Shown here in pieces: positions 49,701-60,604 of a stretch of DNA of 64,000 nt. Position 1 is the stretch's first letter, and every line of letters begins with the position of its first letter. Origin of the DNA: Selaginella moellendorffii (lineage: Eukaryota; Plantae; Lycopodiophyta). The DNA lies in contig NW_003314285.1 in the NCBI RefSeq assembly GCF_000143415.4, positions 647,370 to 711,369 on the forward strand, read 5' to 3'. The notes beneath the pieces are model-generated. The model saw only the letters and a program-made list of their open reading frames with translations. It searched no databases and was not told where the DNA came from. A program made the position numbers and the translations under genes.

Positions 49701-49831
49701 AAATGCTTCACTACTCTCCACAAAATGCCCCCTCTTGCCCTTGTGAGGTAAGGGTTTTATACAAGGAAGATGGGGAATATTTTGAGGACCAGAATATTCC
49801 CTCTCTCTCTCTCTCTCACTCTTCCCTAACA
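40782..49831 (-). mobile_element. Tat-clade (TatI-like) Ty3/gypsy LTR retrotransposon, gag-PR-aRH-RT-RH-INT, degenerate
   Basis: LTRs 40782-40963 and 49653-49831 (TGTT..AACA, ~180 bp); gag F..SLEGKAATW (~48000-48200); protease ALVDSGSGSNI (~46750); extra RNase H (~45140-45530); RT CVDFRDLN, DGFSGYNQI, YMDD; integrase HHCC and SDRG..HYPECNGQAE. Confidence 0.92.
45140..45530 (-). other. Additional (archaeal-type) RNase HI domain between protease and RT
   Basis: YFDS..GIG..SANEAEYLA..GDAQLII.Q..G.Y..F.SVPREEN.WADRL: all four D-E-D-D catalytic positions present, with two stops. Confidence 0.85.
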
Positions 49832-50578
49832 GGGCCTCGATCCATCTCCATGTGCAACATGGGCATGGAGATGACCCCAATCACGAGCCAGGAGCTGTCA
49901 AGAATAGTGATGCCAATGTGCACTCCAATCATGGGCTTCTCACCGGGGTGATTGTGGCCAATCCCTCCACCGCCGCCGCTGCTGCTGCCACACCCACCAT
50001 GCCACCAAATAACCACTCCACCGGCACCGACACCTCTCCTCCTTCGCTACTCCCTCCTCCTAGTGATCATCCAGACGAGCAGCTCGCATCGATTCCAGCA
50101 CTTCCAGCGACCCTGCATGGAGTGACGATCCACACCACCAGGAACACTACCAGGCACGAAATCTTGGTGCTTGGCATGCAGCTGGGCAAGAGTAGCATCA
50201 CGGCATGGGCGATGCGCGAGGAGGAAGAGAACGATGCATCCAAATGCCTCAAGGTGGTGATCCAGCAGCAGCAGCAGCAGCAAAATCAAGCCGTTGACTT
50301 TCTTAGACCGGACGTTGACCAGGACGAGGTGAGGCGGACCATGGTTGAAAGCCACGTGACCGCGTGGGAGGAGGCCGAGCATGCCAAATACATGGCGAAG
50401 TAAGCGATAGAGTTCTTGGCTTCTTGTTTGATCAATTCAGTTCTAAAGCTTGCATTTTTCTTGTCTTTGCGATCGATCTATTGATGGAAACAAAAGGTAT
50501 GAGTGTGAGGAGGCTAAGATTTTGGCGTGAGAGAATCACCAGAAGGCCAAGGCCGAGGCCGAATTGAGACGAATGGAG
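49832..50578 (+). pseudogene. Group-6-like remorin pseudogene, 5'-truncated at the LTR
   Basis: MGMEMTPITSQE.SR (resembles DMGTEMTPIASQEPSR), then a frameshift, LGK..I.AWA.EEEE, AWEEAEHAKYMAK | intron | YECEEAKILA*ENHQKAKAEAELRRME with a premature TGA. Confidence 0.8.
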
Positions 50579-52089
50579 GTAAGCTGTCACTCGCTCCCTG
50601 CTCTATGTTTATATGTTCTTTAGCTTTTTAGCGTCAAGTTCTAGCTTTCCACTTAGGAGTGGTTTTAGTGATCTCCGCGATAGAATAGAATCAGGAGCGT
50701 ACGTCTTGGAATCCAAAGCATACAGCGTTGAGCTTTACATCCTTCTAAACCCCCTGCCAGGTCCTCTGCCTGTTTATCTCCTTTTGTGTGAGATATTTTC
50801 CTTCTCTTCTTCTTTTGTTTGTTCATCCTTTGTTTTTTAGGTGGCTGGCTGGCTATGACCGCTGCTGCTGCACTGCTACTCACTTTTTAATCCGTGACCG
50901 GTCAGAGTGGTCAGCGCCGGTCCAGTCCCAGTCCACAGTCCACTCACCACAATCAGTCAGTCAGTCCACCCTTCGCACTTCTAGCATCATTCAAGTGAGT
51001 GATTTGCTTAGCTATTATAGAGTATAGTATCTATCTATCACTGGGAGATAGATAGACAGAGCTTCGTTAGCTAGGACTAGATCTCACTCGGGGGGATTAG
51101 CTTTGGCTGGAATGATGTGAATGATTCTCTTCCTCGTAGGTGAAAGTGGAGAGAATGAGATCATGATGCACATGAGAGAATGATGAACAAGCTGGTGGCG
51201 GTGAGGTGGCGTGCCGGAGCTCTGCACTAACACCGAGGCCAAGCACACCAAGACGGTGGAGCGAGCAAGACAGATCTCCCCTCTTCCTCCTCGCCCTCTT
51301 CGTCCTCGCATGCTGCCTAGCGGGTGAATAGTAATGCAACACACACAGAGAAGAGGAGCAAATTCTTGTTGATGGTAATGTGTTTTTTCCTCAATTCAAT
51401 CAATTCATTCATTGCAGGTTTTTCTCTAAACATTAGCTTGATTCTCGACAAGATCATCTATAACTTGTTATGGATTGGATTGCAGATCTTTCAAGCTTTG
51501 TTTTTTATTTTTCTTTGCTTTCGTAGTGTGTTGGCACAGTGAACTCCAAAGATTCCAGTTAGCTTTCCGGAGTAGGATTTAGTTCTGTTTTCAAAGCCTT
51601 GTTTTTTAATCCTAGATAATTTTTGTGGCAGTGGAGATCATAGTGCTGCACCTCTCTCACATTCATTTCTCACATAGAATCATCAAGTAACATGAGGCTC
51701 ATCTTCACAGTGATAGCACATGATTTTCAGTGATGGAATTTTTCTAGTCCCATTCCTTCATTTAAAAATCTCATGGTTATTATTTAGTTTTTTTTCTTTG
51801 TTTTAGCTTATGCTACATTCCCAGCTTCAACTGACCATACTGGTCAAATTATCAATCTAAAACAATTATGGGATTAAACTAGAGGGTTAACAATTTTTCA
51901 AGCTTGCAATGGTTTAGTCATAATTTTCATGTTTAGGACTTCAAACTAATGAGATATACTTTTGTCTAGACTGTGGATCTAAATTTCTTGGAATATGGTT
52001 AAGGAATTTAACTAAATGCATATATATTGGTTATTAGTGTTTTTCACTATTTCTTGGTCACTAAATAAAAGGGCTATTACTTTTCCTTT

Positions 52090-52440
52090 TCACAATCCAA
52101 GATTTTGGGATACTCCCACTACATTCCACTGCTAAAGCACCTCTAGCTAGAGTGAGGTTATGATGAGTTATGCAAGGTATCCAAATACATAATGCCACTT
52201 ACACTTTGATTAAAAGCATTAGTCATTTGATCTCCTAGAAAAGTTAGAATTAGCTTTTAACATTTCACCAAGTCATTCCATTTGTTTATACATGTTCACT
52301 TTAGCATTGAACTCTACAATGATTATGTTATCACCCATCACATAGGTGTAACATTCTTTAGTCACACTAACATTTTCTGGCCAAACTAGTTTTACCAAAG
52401 TTTTCCCCCACACTTTTTTTACTGTACTATTAGAACCCTT
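52090..52440 (-). mobile_element. Old fragment of gypsy family A internal region
   Basis: Similar to ~10790-11110 (tttgatctcc, ttcactYtagc, ttatcaccca). Confidence 0.5.
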
Positions 52441-53577
52441 TATAGTCCTTTCCAAATGGTGGAAGAGATGGGATTCACAAGAAAGATTAAGGACCTTCCA
52501 ATCAAAGTGAAGAGCTTTTGTGGAGGAATTGATTCATAGCTGATACAATCTCTTGGTTGAGCCATTCAATTATCAAGCTTGGAACAAAATTCTATCTAAA
52601 TCACTCCATAGTTGACTGCAAATCAATAAACAAGATTCTTCTTTATACAACATTTGTATTAAAATGAGTTTGAGTGACACTACATTGTCACAAAGAAAAT
52701 CACCATGTGTTTTGGTGATTACAATAAGTTGCTTGGAAAAAATTGTGTTCTGTAGTGAGGAAAATATTCCAATGGTTCCTTGCAAGGTTCTTCAAATTGT
52801 AACATTGAGAGAGAGTGTGGAAGTTTGGAGCCCATAATTTAAATCTAGGTTATGAGAAAAATCATGTGAATATATCAACTTTTGAAATATTCTTTGCACA
52901 TTATATAGATAAAAATGTTCTAAAGGGCAAATTTTTTTCTAACAATTTAAATATTTATTATATGCCATAATAAGGATGTTTATTAGGACATAAAATAAAA
53001 TGTTTGAATCTTGTCACTTCGTTTCACAATTCTTTCCTTTCCACAGCTTTGGATCCACGTGGCAGGAAGACTGGTTCTTTTATGGCCAGCATTCCACTCT
53101 GAGGGGATTTCCACACTTGACATGGCTGATATTTTGGCTCTCTACATCCAAGCTTATAGACTAATCACGAGTCATTTGCTGTGATGTCAGCAAATATCGG
53201 TCATGAACCCCAGTCGTTTTTTAGATTTACTGCTACTTTATTTTATTTCCCGTGCCACAATGCATGGCTGGCCGGCTGCCACGTTGCATCGCATTACCTT
53301 ACTTTTCTCGTACGCTTTGATGAGTAATTGGGTCATATGACATGACCGTACAAAAAATCATGATCACTAACAGGGCCGTGCCAAGGTTTGTGAGCCTAAA
53401 TTTGTTTCTCGCTAGTAAATGTTAGGTTTATCAGAATTAAAAATTATTAAATTTCAAATCGACCCGATGACACTTCGCTTCTCTCCTTCCTTCGCGATTC
53501 CAAATGCTGGCCGATCGTGGATAGGGATAGTCGCGGATTTCTCTTAGATCGGCCTCGAAATATTTCGGGCCCGTCGA

Positions 53578-53832
53578 CCGCCATAATCCGCTGCTTGTAC
53601 GCTGGCCACATCCACCGCCTCGAAATCCTTCTCCCCGCCATCGCCCCGGACCAGCGCCGTGCGCATTCGAGCTTCTGGAGTGCGATCCACTTGAGCGTTG
53701 CCTCATCCTCGGCCCGCCGCGAATCGCTCTCCTCCCACGTACTCTCGCTCAAGGAAATCCTCCCCTCGCCCTCCACCACGCCGCTAGATCCCCCAAGCTC
53801 CGCCATGGAGGGAAAGAACCACGATCGATCGG
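53578..53832 (-). other. Inverted 5' part of PDR exon 1 (ATG at 53806 on minus)
   Basis: Minus strand encodes MAELGG..RRAEDEATLKWIALQKL..RMRTAL..EAVDVA..KQRIM, the PDR N-terminus; CCG/CGG at the junctions. Confidence 0.9.
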
Positions 53833-56800
53833 AGCAAGTGGCGCTGGACAACGAGCTATTCTTGCGGAAGCTGCGGGATCGCATTGACAAGTAAGGGATT
53901 GAAAGATCCATTCTTTCTCCCTTTTCTTGCCTGCTTGGAAAATCCTTCCCTCTTGATCTTGGAGACTCATCCCATTTCCAGTTTTCATCGTGAGCCTACG
54001 ATGTGCTTGGATCTTTCTCATTTCTTTCTTTCGATTGTTTTGGTTTTTTGTTTTGTTCTAGAGTGGAGATCAATCTACCCAAGATCGAAGTTCGCTTCCA
54101 GGATTGACATGTTGATGCTGATGTTTATGTTGGAGGCCGGGCTCTCCCCACGCTTTACAACTACACCATCAACACGATCGAAGTATGATAACCTGAGAAT
54201 CTTTCCTCTGCTCTTCCTTCTCCAAGTTGACTCTGTGTTTGATATCTTTGTCCTTGGCCGGAATTCCAGGAGCTCTTTGGATCGCTTCGGCTATCTCCTA
54301 CTAAGAAACGAGTGCTCACCATCCTTGACAACGTTACTGGCATCATCAAGCCGTGCAGGTGCTAACAATCCTTGTTAAAACATTTGCTTCTTCCCATTTT
54401 TCTGGATTGTTTTCCAGGCTGACTTTACTTCTGGGACCTCCCGGTTCGGGAAAGACAACTTTGTTAAAGGCACTATGCGGAAAGTTAGATCACGACCTCC
54501 GGGTAGTAGTATTTTTTTTGGTTCTTTTGGATATTTGTTGGACACACAAGCTTTTCAGGTCTCAGGGAACGTTACATACAATGGATGCGAGTTTAGCGAG
54601 TTTGTGCCACACAGGACGTCGGGATATATCAGCCAGACTGACCTTCACACCCCGGAGCTTACTGTCCGAGAGACCCTGGACTTTTCTTGTCGGTGTCAAG
54701 GTGTTGGATCACGATATGGTAAGATTGATGTTGGACGAGCTTGACACTGACGAGCTCTTTTGTTTGCTCTTTAGATATGCTTGTGGAGCTCTGTAGACGT
54801 GAGAAGGCTGCTGGAATCAAACCAGACCCTGATATTGACGCTTTTATGAAGGTCAGAGCTGAGAGCTGAGAATTTTTATCGTGATTATAGTTCTTCTAAT
54901 GTCGGATTTATTAATTCTCTTTTGTGTCAGGCTTTGGCTTTGGAAGGACAGGAACGAAACATTCGGACGGACTACGTTTTCAAGGTAAAGTTCCTGATCT
55001 ATATACTATGTCGTCACATTTTTAAGTTTTATGCCCGGGGCCACAGGTTTTAGGACTCGACATATGTGCTGACACGCTAGTGGGCGATCAAATGCGTCGC
55101 GGAATATCTGGTGGGCAGAAGAAACGGCTTACAACAGGTAAGTAAAAGTCTCTCAAGAAAGTTCTAAGCAGTACTGACTTCGTTTACTCTGTCAGGCGAA
55201 GTTCTTGTTGGACCAGCAAAAGCTTTGTTCATGGATGAGATCTCGACAGGCCTAGACAGCTCCACTACGTACCAAATTGTCAAGCATTTGAGGCAAACTG
55301 TGCACAATGCCGACTACACCATCATTGTCTCGCTTCTCCAGCCGGCTCCAGAGGTTTACAATCTCTTCGACGATCTTATATTGCTTGCCGAGGGCCGTAT
55401 AATCTATCAAGGATCCTGCAACATGATTCTCGATTTCTTTTATTCGCTGGGATTCAAGTGTCCTGAAAGAAAAGGTGTGGCAGACTTTCTCCAAGAGGTA
55501 AATTCGTAGAAAAAGAAAGGAACAAGATCTCATAATTGCTCTTAATGTCAGGTGATATCAAAAAAGGACCAGGAACAGTACTGGATGGATTCAAGTCGAG
55601 AGTATAGATATGTTTCTGTGGAAGACTTCGCGCTAGCTTTCTCAAGGCATCATATTGGCCAGGATCTAGCGAGAGAACTCAAAGTGCCGTACGACAAGTC
55701 CAAGAGCAATCCTGCTGCTTTGGTGACAAAGCAATATGGGTCAACCAGCTGGAACATCTTTCAAGCATGCTTTGCGAAAGAAGTTCTTCTCATGAAACGC
55801 AATGCTTTCATCTATGCTTTTAAAACCACACTGGTTTCTTCTCTTTTCTACTCGATCGTTGTCATCACGTTTAATGGTTTTGCGGAGCTCGCAATGACCA
55901 TTAACAGGTTACCAATATTTTACAAGCAACGGAACTTGCTCTATCCGTCTTGGGCATTTTCCGTTCCGGCTTGGATCATGAGAATGACCTTCTCGCTGCT
56001 TGAGACTGCGATTTGGGTGTTCCTAACTTACTGGGTCATCGGCTATGCTCCAGAGGTTGGAAGGTAAGAACTTATGTTTCCTCTTGAGCATTATCTTTCC
56101 CTGAGTGGTTGAAAACATGTAGATTCTTTCGCCAGTTTTTGCTGCTCTTCACGCTTCACAACATGGCAATGTCTGGATTTCGTTTCATGGCATCTTTGGG
56201 AAGAACTATGCTCGTTGCAAATACTTTTGGTTCCTTTTCGCTGGTACTCGTCTTCGTTCTTGGTGGTTTTGTCATCTCTCGAAGTAAGTTGAAAACAAAC
56301 CTTTTTTTCTTATGGACACTAAAGTTTGGTATAGATTCTATTCATCGGTGGTGGATCTGGGCTTATTGGTCATCGCCTCTGATGTACGCACAAAACGCTA
56401 TTGCCGTTAATGAGTTCACGGCCCCAAGATGGCGAGTGGTAAAATCTTCACCATTCTTTCTTTTTTAATCTCTTACTCTATGAATTTCTACTGCAGCTTG
56501 CACCAAATTCCACCGAAAGTGTCGGTACAATTGTGCTCAAGGCTCGAGGGATTTTTCCAGATCCTTCTTGGTTTTGGATTGGAATTGGCGCCCTTGTCGG
56601 GTTTGCGATTTTCTTTAACATCTTTTTCACTATAGCGTTAACGGTTCTCAAGCGTAAGATTATCGTCCTTTACTTTCAAGTAGCTCAACTTCTGGTTTCA
56701 CAGCTTTTGGAAAACCATGGGTGATTCTTTCTGAGGAAACATTGAACGAGAAACACAAAACCAAGACCGGACAAGCTGTAAACTCTAGCTCTCAGAAGGA

Positions 56801-59232
56801 GTCATCCCAGAGTTCTAGAAAATCATTTGGTTTTCCTTCAAATGGTATTGTTCTCAAATTGATTTCCATATTCAAAGTCTGCCATTATTTCCTCAGGGGA
56901 CCCCGAATCTGGAGATGTAAAAACAGGCATGGTGCTACCTTTCCAGCCACTGTCCATAGCTTTCCACAAAGTCAGCTACTTTGTTGACATGCCTAAGGTC
57001 GGTTTTATCTTCATGTTTAAAATCCTCACTGACAGGCTTGGTTTTGTAACTTCGCAGGAGATGAAAGCACAAGGAGAAACTCTGGACAGGCTTCAGCTTC
57101 TCAAGGAGGTGAGCGGGGCTTTCAGGCCTGGAGTTCTCACAGCACTAGTTGGCGTAAGTGGAGCGGGCAAGACGACTCTAATGGATGTGCTTGCCGGTCG
57201 TAAGACTGGTGGCTACATCGAAGGCGAAATTAGCATCAATGGCTATCCAAAGAAGCAAGACACTTTTGCTCGAATCTCCGGCTACTGCGAGCAGACTGAT
57301 ATCCATTCTCCAAATGTGACAGTTGAAGAATCTCTCATTTTCTCGTCATGGTTGCGGCTTCCGAAAGAAGTTGACAAACAAACGAGACTGGTAATCCTTG
57401 CGAAACTTGTTAGCTCTCTCCTTGTTCTAAAAGCTTGTGTCTTCGATTTCGTTTTGTTGTAACAGATGTTTGTGAAGGAGGTGATGTCTCTTGTGGAACT
57501 CACGCCTCTCAGAAACGCTCTTGTTGGTCTCCCTGGAGTGAGTGGACTCTCGGTGGAGCAAAGGAAGAGGCTGACTATTGCCGTGGAGCTTGTTTCGAAT
57601 CCTTCCATCATTTTTATGGACGAGCCAACTTCGGGACTTGACGCTCGTGCTGCAGCCATTGTGATGAGAACTGTTCGTAACACTGTGGACACGGGAAGAA
57701 CAGTGGTATGCACCATTCACCAGCCTAGCATCGACATATTTGAGTCTTTTGACGAGGTATATAAATATCATACATCTCTGATCTTGCGGGAGTTCATGGT
57801 TGGATTTCACAGCTATTATTGATGAAACGAGGTGGTCAAGTGATCTATGCAGGACCTCTCGGTAGACACTCCCACCATCTTATAGAATTCTTCCAGGTAC
57901 GTTAATGAAACGCTGGGTATCATATGTAATGATACATGTTTCGTGTTTTTCTCAGGCCGTGGAAGGTGTTCCAGCTATTGAAGATGGAAGTAACCCAGCA
58001 ACCTGGATGCTCGGTGTCACTGCTGAGGAGGTCGAAGTCAGACTTGGAATCGATTTCGCAAAGTACTACGAACAATCTTCTCTGTACAAGTAAGTCACCA
58101 CTTCTCTTGATATGGTTTTGATTCCAGCTTTATCACCAGGCAAAACGATGCTCTTGTGAAGAGACTGAGCAAGCCAATGCCAGACTCGAGCGACCTCCAC
58201 TTTCCAACCAAATACTCTCAGTCATTCTATATCCAATGCAAGGCTTGCTTCTGGAAGCAATATCGTTCTTATTGGAAGAATCCTCATTACAACGTGGTTT
58301 GCTACTTCTTCACTGCAATATGCGCTCTACTATTTGGAACGATCTTCTGGCGAGAAGGGAAAAATATGTAAGGAAATCTCTTTCACATTCCAAAGCTCAC
58401 TAGAGTTCTTGTATGATCAGACGAACAGAGCAAGAGCTGTTTAACGTGTTGGGATCGATGTACGCTGCTTGCCTGTTTCTCGGAATTAACAACTCCACCG
58501 CAGCTCAACCTGTTGTTGGTGTCGAGAGGACTGTATTCTATCGAGAACGGGCAGCAGGGATGTATTCAGCAATTCCATACGCTTTAGCACAGGTTTGTCA
58601 CACATATTCAAACTAAGCTCGTGGTTTATGCAAAGTTACCGCAGGTAGCAATCGAGATTCCTTATGTCTTCATCCAAACTGCGATCTATCTTATCATAGT
58701 TTACTCCACAATCGCATACGAGTGGTCGCCAGATAAATTCTTTTGGTTCTTCTTCTTCATGTATTCCACATTCTTATACTTCACCTTCCATGGGATGATG
58801 GTGGTGTCTTTCACGCGGAACTATCAGCTGGCAGCAGTGGTTTCATTTGCATTCTTTGGTTTTTGGAATCTCTTCTCGGGGTTTTTTATCCCGGGTCCAG
58901 TAAGTTGGCTGATTGCCTCCTGCTATAACTGAGTTTTCATCTCGTTTTTGTTGTTTGTGTAGAAAATCTCGATATGGTGGAGATGGTATTACTATGCTAA
59001 CCCACTTGCGTGGACGCTCAATGGTCTCATAACTTCACAACTCGGGGACAAACGAACAGTGATGGATGTTCCTGGCAAAGGCCAACAAATTGTGCGAGAT
59101 TACATCAAGCACAGATTTGGTTTCCATAATGATAGATTGGGCGAAGTTGCTGCTGTCCATATACTGTTTGTATTGGTGTTAGCGCTTACTTTCGCCTTTA
59201 GCATCAAATATTTTAACTTTCAGAAGAGATAA
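53805..59232 (+). pseudogene. Full-size ABCG / pleiotropic drug resistance (PDR) transporter, multi-exon, probably inactivated
   Basis: NBD1 [33 protein letters not shown]; TMD1; NBD2 [30 protein letters not shown]; TMD2 ending FNFQKR*. Lesions: inverted exon 1, in-frame TGA at 54105-54107, apparent deletion in TMD1 after FAFKTT. Confidence 0.88.
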
Positions 59233-60089
59233 TTACCAAAACTAAACCTTTGAAAGATAAACCTTTAACAGACGCACCTTAGAATATGGATATACAGGTT
59301 GCAATTTGACCTTCGTGTTCTTCTCGCCTGTGGCGATTCCATGCTTACATGTTGGCTCAAAAACAAAAATAGAAACTTGGTGTACAAAGGTGCTGCTCAA
59401 AAAAAAAGAAGGTAGTAAGAGGTGATTAGTTCATTCTTTATGCTCAAGCTAACAATATACGTAGTGATTTGACAACCTAGCAGAAACTAAAAAAGTAAAA
59501 TGAACTAAATATATTAAATTACCTAGTATAAAATTTTATTTAATATAAATATTTAAAATCAAGGTCTAAAAGAAGAAATAATTTGCTGCACATTCCATGT
59601 AGCAACACTTAGTACTGTTATTCTTATATAAATACAAAATTAATCTAAATGAATAACAACTGTTAGATGGTAGAATATCCTAGAATATTCAAATATATTC
59701 TAGGTATATCCACTACCATCTCCCTCCCTCTACGGGTTGTCTTAAGCAAATCAAAAATATTATCTTACAGTTGGTTCTAAAGGTTTGTTAAAATTAAAAT
59801 TTTGATAATTATAATTTTAATAATTTTATACTTATTATCATAAACAAATTATTATCTAACATTTTGACAAGATTAGTATTTTGAATTCACATGATATAGC
59901 ATAAATAGTTACAACCTGTCATAAGTTAACAAATAAATTAGAATTTGGACTGATAAAATATTTACAATATTAATTTGATTATTAAAGTTAACAAAAATTT
60001 ATTAGGCAAAGAACTTTCTAAAGTTGGAATATGATAAATTGTTTAAAAATATTATAAATAATATTTTTAATAAAATGCATATAAAAATT

Positions 60090-60490
60090 TTAAATTACTC
60101 TGAACATGAAAAAATATTTTATGCAGTATAAATTTATTAAATCATAGATCTTTATTTACAAGACTATTATATAGTTACTTCTAGTTATTTATATTTTTCT
60201 TGTTACGTTTATTTAAATAGTCTTTATCTTACTAAATACTAATAATTTTTAATTTATTCACATAGAAAGAATATTATAATAGAAACAAAGCTTAATATTA
60301 ATTTAATTTGGGAGATAAATATATTCATAAGTAAAGTTTATAATTGTAATTTAGTTTTATACCTTGGTAAAACAACTTTATCAGTTACTCATACACACTA
60401 TTTAGAAAACATTTGTTAATTATCAATATTATTTTCTATAAAATATATCTATAATTTTTTTTATGAAACTAAATTTTAAATTATGATTTT
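60090..60490 (+). repeat. AT-rich dispersed repeat related to ~30600-31050
   Basis: Shared tttgggagataaa, tagttttataccWtggtaaaa and ttttttatgaaa blocks in the same order. Confidence 0.5.
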
Positions 60491-60573
60491 TTGTTCAACA
60501 AACAATAAGAAAATTTAATTAATAAATATTTATTTAGGAAAAATATAAATTTTAAATACATATTGTAAGATCC

Positions 60574-60600
<27 letters not shown>
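60574..60600. repeat. (TA)n microsatellite
   Basis: About 13 TA units. Confidence 0.9.

Positions 60601-60604
<4 letters not shown>

Noticed and set aside
51005-51075. miRNA-like hairpin around tctatctatc..gatagataga
   Set aside because: Only a 10-bp low-complexity stem, too short for a precursor call.
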